From NCBI RefSeq assembly GCF_020745735.1, contig NW_026867531.1, positions 186,001 through 250,000 on the forward strand: a DNA stretch of 64,000 nt, read 5' to 3'. Of this stretch, positions 12,531 through 22,989 are shown one piece after another. Under the pieces are notes generated by a model that saw only the letters and a list, made by a program, of their open reading frames with translations, ran no database searches and was not told the origin of the DNA. The position numbers and the translations under genes were made by a program. Numbering within the stretch: position 1 is the stretch's first letter; each line of letters begins with the position of its first letter. This DNA comes from Hemiscyllium ocellatum (lineage: Eukaryota).

Positions 12531-12717
12531 GTGTCAAGGATGGTGACAAACATCATGGTGCAACTAAAGCGACGAAGGACGCTCCAGAAATGCTTCCCGA
12601 TTGATGATGTTAAAGGCCTTTTTAAAGATCCCTGAAGGCCATATACTGCAGTGAAAATCATTTTCAATGGATCACTCTGGCTGAAAGCCACACTGGGATC
12701 CTGGGGGGGCTCAGCCG

Positions 12718-12812
12718 AGGGGAGGGGAGGTGAGGGGAGGGCGATGCGATACGTGACGTGACGCGATGCGATGTGCAGAGACGCGAGGCGAGGCGATGCG
12801 ATGGCATAGTCA
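12718..12812. repeat. Degenerate pentanucleotide repeat (GGAGG/GCGAT/GTGAC/GCGAG)n
   Basis: ggaggggaggtgaggggagggcgatgcgatacgtgacgtgacgcgatgcgatg...gcgaggcgaggcgatgcgatgg. Confidence 0.8.
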
Positions 12813-12980
12813 AAATATAACTGAATCCAGGTTATATCTGGCCAGTCAATTCTTGTTCCTGTTGGCACTCAGGAGACTGCCCCACCAACATGGCTATCAC
12901 AGCATCCAATCCTGGCCACCAAACATAAATTTTTATCAACATCCTAATTTTGGAAATCACAGGACGACCCTGCTGGAGCT

Positions 12981-13066
12981 GAAGGGCTTATGCCCGAAAC
13001 ATCGATTCTCCTGCTCCTTTGATGCTGTCTGACCTGCTGTGCTTTTCCAGCAACACATTTTTCAGC
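12981..13066 (+). mobile_element. Penelope terminal repeat, 5'-truncated, inverted relative to 12435-12530
   Basis: gaagggcttatgcccgaaacatcgattctcctgctcctttgatgctgtctgacctgctgtgcttttccagcaacacattt. Confidence 0.8.
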
Positions 13067-14520
13067 CTTGCTCCCCATATTAGTATGCAGTTTTCAGTGG
13101 CCATCTGATCTCACCAGATCCACAAACAATTCAATCCTGCCTATGATGATCTTTTCGTTTCTAACACTGCAGTTGTTTCTTTTTTCTCACCAGTATGGGA
13201 CCTTGTTCTAATCGGAGATTGTCAGAGATGACTGGAAGGGTGTGCAGAAAGTTTAAAACCAGAACAGACTTTTCCAGTGTATCCATCATTGGGAGTTGGC
13301 TTCAGGCATTAACCACTTGACCGCCTGCTTGGTGTTCCAACTTGTAATTGTATGCACTTAATAACAGCTCACGGCTGAATTTGACCAGAACCTAGAAGTG
13401 GGATGGCCCTGTCCTCTTCAGCTCATCTTAACAAGGGTTTGGGTCCATTACTGTTTCAAATGTATGCATAGAAAGTTATTGACTGAACTTTCTCACACAA
13501 AGATTCCTGCCAAACTTTGTTTCTCTATGCGATGCATCTTCATTTGGCATCAGCTGAAGTCTGGGAAACGTACACTAATCGGACAGTCCTCCCTGTTGAG
13601 CCATCGGTGAGCCAGACACTGGTACAGTATCGGAACACTGCACATGTCAGCGACACGTCTCACTGGGCATTATTCTTTGCCAAGACTTTAAACAATGAAA
13701 TCTGTGTTTTCACTTGCCAAAAGGCTACTTCTTGGCAACGTCACTATTTGTAAGACTATCCCTTTCTAAATAGCATACCTAAGCTGCCAAAATGGAGGCT
13801 AGGTCATTTTCCGTAATAATTCACTAACCCAAGGAAAGATCAAAGCTCAGATGCTGACATGGGAACAGAGGAACCACAGGGAGGAGACAGTTGAGAAGGA
13901 TTTTGGCAGTGATTGACGTAAGGGATATTCCCCAGTAGTTACCACAGTCAGACATGTTCCATTTCTTTGAAAATATTCATGGTTGTGGCATCTGGGAGCT
14001 CCCCTCGGATATTCTACTCTTTCCAGACGGTCTTGTCAATTTCATCCAAGGCTTGGGGATTGCTTAGCAGTATGCAGACCAAAACTCATATGTGGACAGT
14101 AGATGATAATGACCTAGTTTTCACAGAGTCAGCTGCTTGAATGAGCAGTCAGGACTCCCTGATTGGACCAGATTCATAGCCCCAACTTGGGAAATTCTGT
14201 TCAATGATGTTCAGCTGGCTGACCTCGCTCCAATAATTACTTTCCTCCATCTCGAAGTCCTAGAATTTATGGCTATTCTTCTTCCTGTGGCATCTCCTGG
14301 GATGTTTTCCCACCAGGTCTGGTTCCTCAAACTCTGGCTTGGATAGTGCTGGCGCATACCAGACTGTGACTGCCTCTTCCCCTTGGAGCATCTGAGCAGA
14401 CATTCATCATCATCTGCCAGCAATGTTGTGACAGCTGCTGTGTCCATCTCTCCCTCAGAGGTTTCTTCGACACTGGGAGGATGGGAGAATTAACAGGTTT
14501 TGACAGCCTTGCCAGGTATT
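13067..14520 (-). mobile_element. Third Gypsy RNase H/integrase relic with an embedded RTE piece
   Basis: Colinear with 8810-9600 and 7640-7920; ORF 14211-14447 DDDECLLRCSKGKR tail; RTE piece at about 13870-14030. Confidence 0.65.
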
Positions 14521-14989
14521 CGGAGTGACTGGGTACAGTTTGCTCTTGGCCATTTGGAGAGGACACAGCTATCATGTATTCCAAATGCTTGTTCAGGACC
14601 ACCTCTTCAACCCAAACATTGTCCTCAATGCTACCATGTCTCTTACCCATGCAGGGCCATTCCCACGGTTTCAACACCTAAGTTTGTCACATGAAATAAA
14701 CAGCCCCTCTCATGTAGAAGAGCATTGCAGTGGGCCTTGGTGCTCCTGAAGTCATTTCACCTTTCTCAAGGTCCTGGAAGATCAAATTTAACCTGGTGTG
14801 GAATCTTTTCCACAGTCACAACTCTGATAGAGGTATATAATTCGTTGCATGAGGGCTGGATCTATAAATCAAACAGAAACTGTGATAGCATGATATTGAG
14901 TGAAGGTGTAGGCTGTTTCTTTAAGTCTGCCTTCAACATTCAACTGCTCGTTCCATCAGATTATTGGACAACATTACAGAATTAGCATT

Positions 14990-15262
14990 CCTAAAGATTG
15001 TACAGTGTGGAAACAGGCCCTTTGGCCGATCAAGCCCACACTGACCCTTTGAAGATTAACCCACTCAGACCCATTCCCCTATCTTACATTTATCCCTGAC
15101 TAATGCACCCAACCTACACCTGCACATCTTTGGACTATGGGAGGAAACTCATGCAGACACAGGGAGAATATACAAACTCCACAAAGACAGCCACCTGAGA
15201 CTGGAATCGAACCCAGATCCCTGGTGCTGTGAGATAGCAGTGCTAACTGTCCTGTGACCATG
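14990..15262 (-). mobile_element. HE1-like SINE
   Basis: Same structure as 6357-6667 (ggaaacaggccc tail, ctggaatcgaaccc B-box complement). Confidence 0.8.
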
Positions 15263-15510
15263 CTGATACAGCTGTCCTTACATACCAAATGCCTTTCAAA
15301 AGAGGCTCAATGCATCCCATTTGCTATTTAGCCTCCTGACATGGTGTTCTAATTTGTAAGCACAAGCAGTTAACATTAGAGCACACTGCTGTGTGCATCA
15401 CAAAGCTACTGCCGGCACTATTTTGTGATTATCACAAACTGTCACCCGTGAAGGTTAAAATCAACTGGGAGAAAGTGAGGACTGCAGTTGCTGGAAATCA
15501 AAGTAAAAAC

Positions 15511-15658
15511 GTGTGGTGCTGAAAAAGCACAGCCAGCCAGACAGCATCCGAGGAGCATAAAAATTGTTGTTGAGCATAAGCTCTTCATCAGGAATGTGAC
15601 ATTGATTCTCCTGCTCCTCCGCTGCTGCCTGATTGGCTGTGCTTTTCTAGCACCACAC
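15511..15658. repeat. Diverged fold-back of two Penelope terminal repeats
   Basis: gtgtggtgctgaaaaagcacagcc...gagcataagctcttcatcaggaat | ...gctgtgcttttctagcaccacac. Confidence 0.7.
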
Positions 15659-16149
15659 TTTGCGACCCATGAAGGTTATTAGTGGAACTCAGGACCACCA
15701 ATCCTCTTTTTCCTATTTGGGCTAATTTACACTCTGCATCAGCCAAAGTCCTAGCTACTGGGCAATCCTCACCTGTGGACTATGAGCTCATATCACTTGA
15801 TGCCATATGAGAAGAGATTTCACATCAATTCCCAATCTTTCTTGGAAGCATGTTATGCCAACACAGAGGACGATAGTTGTTTTTTTACTTCATCAAAAGC
15901 TACAGTCTATGAGACCATTTCCAAGGCTCTTTCAGGCATTGATGTAATGGCGCCAGGATGGATGCCAGTTACATATGAACCTTCTGTAATAATTTACCAG
16001 ACACAGAAATTACCCAAGTTCATGGACAAATGTGGGAACCCTGGCACCTTTGGTCATGCTCACGTTATCTTTTGATGAGTGTAACCTGGCCTTGTTGACC
16101 CTGTAGGGGACTGTGCCACAAAACAATGATTAGCAAAATTGACTGAAGC

Positions 16150-17660
16150 AGAGAATGATGGAGAGGAGAAAATATTCTGGGTGGTGGGGTCTAACGGAGT
16201 TGGAAGTGTTTGAGGATGGTTCATTGAATACAGAGGTTGATGGGGTAGGAGGTGAGGACAAGCTGGACCATGTCTTTACTATGGATAGATGGGACGGGGT
16301 TTAGAGAAGTGGAGCAGGAATGGAAGTGGTGCAATGGAGGGCTGCCTGGATGACAGTGCGGGGGAAAAAAGTGTTGTTTGAAATGGGAGGCATCTGGGAT
16401 GCTTGGGAGTGGAGCAGGATATTGTAAAAGCAGATGCAATGGAGACTCAGGAATTGGGAAAACAGGATGGAGATTTTGCAGGACACAGGATGGGAGCAGG
16501 TGTAGTCTAGGTAATTATGGGAGTGTGGGTTTATAGTAAATGTTGGTATGCAAACTGTCACTGAATATGGAAATAGAGGTCAAGAAAGGGGAGTAAAGTG
16601 TCTGAGATAGATGAAGGGAATTTGAGGGCAGGGTGGAAAGTTTTGATGAAGTCTATGAACTGCTCCAGTTCAGCCTAGATGCAGGATACAGCGTTGATGC
16701 AGTCATCGATGCAACAGCAAAGGAGTTGGGAAAGCATATGTACTGAAGGGAAACTGTTCCACACACCTGACAAAGAGGCAGGCATAACTAGGGCCCATGA
16801 CCATCCCCTGGACCCTGCATTTGGCAAAACCAGGAAAGGTTGAAGGAAAAGTTAGGAGGGTAAGGATTATTCAGTAAGGTGGAGTAGGTGGTTGTGGAGG
16901 AGGGTTGGGGGTGGGGGGGAGGCAGTGGTGGTGGCAGGGAAAGTTCTGTTGGTGTAGAAAAAAACTGGAGGCCTGTCAGTCATCCTTGTGGAATATGGAT
17001 GTCTATAAGGGCTGTGCATCCATCGTGAAGATGAAGTGCTGGGGGCCAGGTAACTGGAAGTTTCGAAAGAGGTGGAGTGAGTGGCGTGTGTTGCAGATGT
17101 AGGTACAAGGCGCCTGGACCAAGGAGAGAGTGGAATCAAGTAGGAAAACATGAGTTCGGTGGGGCAAGAGCATGTGGAAACAATGTGTTGGCCGGGGTAA
17201 TGGGGCCTGTGGATCTTGGGGAGCGACTAAACCGGGCATTGGGGGGCTGGGAGACTATGAGGATGGAGGCAGTGGAGGGGAGACCATTGGAAGTGATGCA
17301 GTCACAGACAGGGTGGGTGACAGTAGCCTGAATGGGCCGTGATGGGGTTGTGATCAAGAAGGAGCTAGAATGTGGTGACAGAGAGCTAGTCTTCGACCTC
17401 TGCGATACAGAGCTCCTCCCTCCAAACGACCAATGCCCTGCCTTTGTCAGCGAGTTAAATGGTGAAATGGGGATTGGCATGGAGAGTGTGGAGTGCTGCA
17501 AGTGCAGAGGCGAAGGGTGGAGTGAGTGAGGGCGAGTGGAGAAATTCAGGTGGTCGAGGGTCACATTGGCAGTCAGCAATAAAAAGGTATAGGATGGGTA
17601 AGAGGCTGGGGAGTGGGGGGGGGGCGGGATATGGAAGAGGAAGAGAAAGCGTCATCAAAA
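16150..17660 (-). mobile_element. Penelope-like retroelement RT region, degenerate
   Basis: Minus-strand remnants such as DYTCSHPVSCKISILFSQFL, FRNFQLPGPQHFIFTMD and DHLNFS; strong C-rich skew on the coding strand. Confidence 0.8.
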
Positions 17661-17892
17661 GATTAGATTAGATTACTTACAGTGTGGAAACAGGCCCTTC
17701 AGCCCAACAAGTCCACACCGACCCACCGAAGCGCAACCCACCCATACCCATATGTTTACCCCCTACCTAACACTACGGAGAATTTAGCATGGCCAATTCA
17801 CCTGACCCGCACATCTTTGGAATGTGGGAGGAAACCGGAGCACCCGGAGGAAACCCGCGCAGACACGGGGAGAACGTGCAAACTCCACACAG
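17660..17892 (-). mobile_element. HE1-like SINE lacking its tRNA head
   Basis: (gatta)n tail and body are intact and CpG-rich; homology ends at actccacacag. Confidence 0.8.
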
Positions 17893-18369
17893 GTGGTTGA
17901 GAATCTGTCAAAGGAGGCACAAAAGTGGCAGAAAGGTTCCACTTCATGGTAGACACTGAATCAGATGAATTGGGGGCAGAGGGGCACAACTGGGAGTCCT
18001 TTACTAAGGACAGGCCATTCAGCCTCAGTAGGGGGTGGCAGGGGAGAGAAACAGTGAATAACCAGAAATGCTCAGGGGTGGGGTCTCCAGGAGGCTGGGT
18101 TGGGGTAATAGCATGTGATGCATTAGAGTTTAATGGATGTGGTGTAGTGGGGTTGGGAAGTAGTAGTTTTGGGAGGAAGAGTGGGAGAGGGGTAGGCTGG
18201 GAGACTGAATTTAGGCAGGGGTGCAGGAAGGGAGGGGATGAAGTAGAGGGGAGAGGTAGTGTGTATTGTGGGAGTGGACAGGTAGTGATGGAGAGCTGGT
18301 GTGCTGGCTCATTGCAGATGGTTAGTAAGACCCAGAAGTTACCCTGTCAGTTGAAGAGTGGGTGGAGAC

Positions 18370-20815
18370 TGGAGTAGGAACGGAAGTTGCAGGAAAGTTG
18401 AGGTAGGTCCCAGTCTTTTCATTGATGCAATCCAGGTCAGCACTAGAGGAGCAGGACGGAACAGAGAAAGAGCTTGAATGCAAGTTCCTGCAAGTCCCGC
18501 TTCAGATGTATCCTCCAACACCATCCGGATTCCACCGAAGGAAGGACTGGGACCTGCCTCACCATCCTGGCAACTCCCACTCCCGGCTCTGCCTATTCTC
18601 CAATCATCCCACGGATTCTAATCCCCAAGGTGACTCCTGTGTCCTACTGGCCATCTGCAACCAGCCAACACACCAGCTCTCCTTCCTCACCTGTCCATCC
18701 CCACAATAAACCCTTCCCCTCCACCTCTCCTCCCTCTTCTCTAACTCATTCCCCTCCACAAATTTAATCCTCCAACCCACAGCTTTCACTCCCATAAGTA
18801 CACCACCACCCCCATCAGACCACATTCAACCCTCACCCAGACATTATTGCCCTTTCTGCCTTCTTCAAGGCTCAAGATCCCCTCTCAAAACAGCACCTAC
18901 ACCTTGTCACATATTCACTGTGCACCCCCCTCCCCCATAAGTTCCATGTCCACCACAACATGGAGATCTATTTCTGCTGCCAACCTGTCTTCTTTGGAAG
19001 AGACTCCCAACCACCTTCCATAACCCCTTCTCCCACCTCCAACCTTCCTATAGCACAAACAACTCCTGGTCTCTGTTGCTGACTGCCAACGCTACCCTCA
19101 ACTGCTTTGATTTTCCACTGCTTTCACCATTCCAACCTCACCCCATCTGAATATGCAGGGCTCCACTCTCTCTGCACCAATCCCAGTTTCACCGTCAAAC
19201 CTGTTTGGAAGACAGGCCTCAAAGTAGCAGAGACTGAACACTACCTCTCTAACACCACATCCTACCTCCCTTTTGATCACAACTGCACCATTGCTCATCA
19301 GGCCATTAGCACCTGTGCTGCCCATGACTTCATCATCTCCAATAATCTCCCCATCACCCTCAGTGCCCCAGCACCACACTGCCAGGTTCTACCTGTTCCA
19401 AGATACACAAGCCCATCTACCACAGCCAGCCCATCATCTCCATGCTCCAATCTCACCAAACTCCACTCCCTCCCCCTTGGTGCAGGCATTTCCCACCTAT
19501 AGCCAAGACACAAACCATTCCCTCTACCTCTTTGGAAACTTCCAGTTCCCTCGCATCCAGCACTTCATCTTCACTATGGACAGATAGTCCTTTTACAAAT
19601 CCATACCTGACAAGGACAGCCTGGAGGTCCTCAGCTTATTTCCTCTCCAACAGACCCAATCAGTACCCCCCCCACCCCACCATCAATACCTTCTTCCGCC
19701 TCACTCTCAATAACTTTTCAATCAACTTTTCCCACTTTCCTCAAATCCACGGGGGCACCACAGGCACTTGCGTGGGTCCTAGCTATGCCTGCCTCTTTGT
19801 CAGGCGTCTCGAAGCGTCCCTCTTCAGTACATACACCAGTACTGTTCCCCAACTCTTCTGCCATTACATTAATGATTACAGTGTTGCATCCTGCACCCAG
19901 GCTGAACTGGGCTTTATCGTCAACTTCCACCCTGCCCTCAAATTCACTTTGTCTATCTCAGACAGCTCCCTCTCCTTTTTTGACCTCTCTGCTTCCATCT
20001 CCAGTACATTTACAGACTAGCATTTACAATAAATCCACAGACTCCTGTAATTACCTAGACTGAACCTCCTCCTGTAAAAATTCCATCCCCATTATTCCAA
20101 TTCCTCCATCTCCATCACATTTGCTCTGACATGATGTTCCACTCCCAAGCATCCAAGATGCTCTCTTATTTCAAACAATGATTTCTTTCCTCCTCGTTCA
20201 TCCAGACAGCCTTCCACTGCATTTCCTTCATTCCCCACTTGACTGCTTTAAAGCCCATCCCATCCAAACAAAGAAATGGTTCCCCTTGTCCTCAATTTCC
20301 ACCCCATCAGTCTCCACATCCAACATATCATCCTCCACCATCTCCAAATAAACCTCATTACCCGGAAAGTGTTCTTCTCCCTACTCCTCTCTTCTTTCCA
20401 CTTGGACAGTTCCCATCACCAATCATTGGGTCACAACACACTCTCACCAAACCCATCTAATATATCCACCCCAGAACTGTAAAAGATGCAACACTTGCCA
20501 GCTTTTCCCTCACCTCAATCCAGGGCCCCAAACAGTCCTTGCAGGTGAACTTCTGTTCAACCTAGTTTACTGCATCCAGTGCTCCCGATGTGGTACTCTC
20601 TACATTGGTGAGACCAAACAAAGTAAAATAAGGGTCAGCCTGGCCCCTACTCACCATCCATTTTAATTCCGCCTCCCACTCCCTCCCTTACACGCTAATT
20701 CTCGATCTCCATTGCTGCAGTGAATCAGGAGGAACACCGCAACTTCCACCTGGGCAGCCTACAGCCTGGAGAACTCAACACAGTTCTCCAATTTCAAATA
20801 ACCTGCCCACCCATG
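18370..20815 (+). mobile_element. Penelope-like retroelement (RT plus GIY-YIG remnant)
   Basis: ORF 19442-20020 GTCVGPSYACLF...YIND...NFHPALKFTLSIS (PLE RT motifs); GIY-YIG remnant gtttactgcatccagtgctcccgatgtggtactctctacattggtgagacc at about 20560-20620. Confidence 0.85.
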
Positions 20816-20819
20816 CCCC

Positions 20820-22125
20820 AAATCCCCTTTCACATTTATCCCATACAGTTGCAGGGTCCCAAGGCGGAATTTGAGGCGTTTCTCCACCAGGTTTCGGCTG
20901 GTAATGGTTTGGCAGTGGAGAAGGCCCAGGACCTGCATGCCCTTGATGGAGTGGGAGAGGGAGTTGAAGTGTACAGCCACGGGACGATGAGGTTGGTGCA
21001 TGCAGGTGTCCCAGAGACGTTCTCTGAAACGATCCGCAAGAAAGCATCCTGTCTCCCTGATGTAGAGGAGACCACACCGTGTGCAACAGATGCAGTAGAT
21101 GTTGCTGATAGAGGTATAGTGAAATTTTTGACAGATGTGGAAGAATCCCTTGGGGCCTTGGATGGAGGTGAGGGGAGTGGTGCGGCCATAGGTTTTGCAC
21201 TTCCTGTGGTGGCAGGAAACAGTGCCAGGAGTGGGGTGTAGGCTGGTAGGGGACGTGGACCTGACGAGGGATTCACAGAAGGAATGGTCTTTTTGGAAAG
21301 CTGATAGGGGTGGGGTGGGAAATATATTTCTGGTTGTGGGGTCCATTTGGAGGCCCATTAGTTCAGTGGGACAAGCGCAGGTTGAGACAATGGGTCGACC
21401 AGGGCAGTCAGGTTTGAGTGTCTTAGGAAGGAGGTGGAATCAGGCAGTGCAGGGTTCATGGACAATGAGGTTGGAGTCTGTGGATGGGTGATCCCCAGAG
21501 ATGATGAGATTGTGGATGGTCCGGGGGATAATGGCTTGGTGATGGAAAGTGAGATCGTGAGTAAGGGGGCGGTCGGAGGCGGAGTCTGCAAGCTGGTGCC
21601 TGGCTTCAGTAGTGTAGAGGTCAGTGCACCACACGACTACTACGAACCCCACCACCCCCCCGCCCGCACGTTTGATGGTGAGGTTGGGGTTGGAGTGGAG
21701 GGAGTGGAGGACTGCATGTTGAGAGGGAAAGAGGTTGGAGTGAGTGAGCTGGTTGGACAAGTTGAGGCAGTCAATGTCATGGTAGCAGTTTGAAATGAAG
21801 AGGTCAAGCACAGGTAACAGGCCAGCATGGGGTGTCCATGGATGTGGTGTGTTGAAGGCGGGACAAAGGGGTCCCCCGTGGATGTGCAGGTGTCTCAGTT
21901 TTAAAAAAAGTCAATACAGAGGCAGAGGAAGAAACATTCAAGGTAGCAGCTTGTGTCAAACTCATTAAACTGGGACCGTAGAGGGATAAAGGTGAGGCCT
22001 TTACTGAGGACGACACATTCGTCCCTACTGAGGGGAAGGTCTGGAGGAATGGTGAAGACACCGGAAGGATGGGAGCTAGGACCCCAACTACCTCCCTCTC
22101 TATCTGTAGCACCCCTTACCCCCAC
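20820..22125 (-). mobile_element. Penelope-like retroelement, internally deleted (N-terminus plus GIY-YIG endonuclease)
   Basis: ORF 20759-21358 NIYCICCTRCGLLYIRETG...DRFRE...PVAVHFNS...FRLGTLQ; ORF 21901-22125 LSKGLTFIPL. Confidence 0.88.
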
Positions 22126-22128
22126 CCA

Positions 22129-22250
22129 GGTCCTGAAGAAGGGTTATACCTGAAACATTGACTTCTGCACCTCCCGAAGCTGCCTGGTTTGCTGTGTTCT
22201 TCCAGCCTCCTGTTTGTCTACTTCAGATTCCAACATCTACAGGGTTTGGT
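22129..22250 (+). mobile_element. Inverted Penelope terminal repeat with a near-intact hammerhead core
   Basis: GTC CTGAAGA A GGGT TAT ACCT GAAAC ATT GAC (22130-22162); G16.2 appears mutated to A. Confidence 0.65.
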
Positions 22251-22749
22251 TTATATAAAAGTCTCTCGCTAGTCACTGAAGCAGTATAAATTGTAATTGC
22301 ACTGTGGAGTCTATGGAATTTTTGGAGATGTGGCTGAAGCCAAGGGAATTTCCTGAAAAATTGAAAATTCTGTCAGGGTAATCTCTGTGCAACTGGAAAC
22401 TTTAACTTTCAGAGGATTCTAACTTACTCAAGCTGAATAATTACACAACAAAAAGTTCCGAGTTGAAAAACGTACTCCAACTGTTTGGTAATCGCGAAAT
22501 CCACTTTATCTCTGGGCTCCAGAGCAACATTCCCATCCCACTCCCCCATTCCAACTCACACCCCCCACCCCATCCAGACTCCTCCACAACCCTCATCTGA
22601 TCTGAACCCAACTCAACATCTTCCTCAGAGCCCACACTGACCCTGACCTTCTCTCCCTCACACCCCACCGACTACACAATATTGTGCTGGTTGGAGTGGA
22701 AACCAGCCTCCCCCTTGCCCCCTCCTCAGGAGCTCACCCTGACATCTCA

Positions 22750-22975
22750 CTGACTGGAGCAGACACGTTTCCCTCGCGACCACACCCAGCCCCGATGACG
22801 TCACTCACCACGTTCCAGAACTTTCCGTTAAGCCGTTTAACCTTCCCGCTCTTGGCCAGAGCATGCGCAGTAGGTGGTGGCCTGGGAGGGAACATGCGCA
22901 GTAAATGCCTTCCCCCGCCTGACGTTCCTTGCCGAGAGCCGGCAGTGGCAGCGGTTGTTGAGCGGCGCTAGGTTT
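22750..22975. promoter_or_regulatory. CpG-rich, housekeeping-type promoter-like patch
   Basis: About 18 CpG in about 210 bp (hand count). Perfect CRE TGACGTCA 22796-22803; CATGCGCAGTA twice (22862-22872, 22893-22903; NRF1-like); GC box CCCGCC 22914-22919; half CRE 22920-22925; CACCC box at about 22783. Confidence 0.6.
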
Positions 22976-22989
22976 AGGATTAAGTCGGT

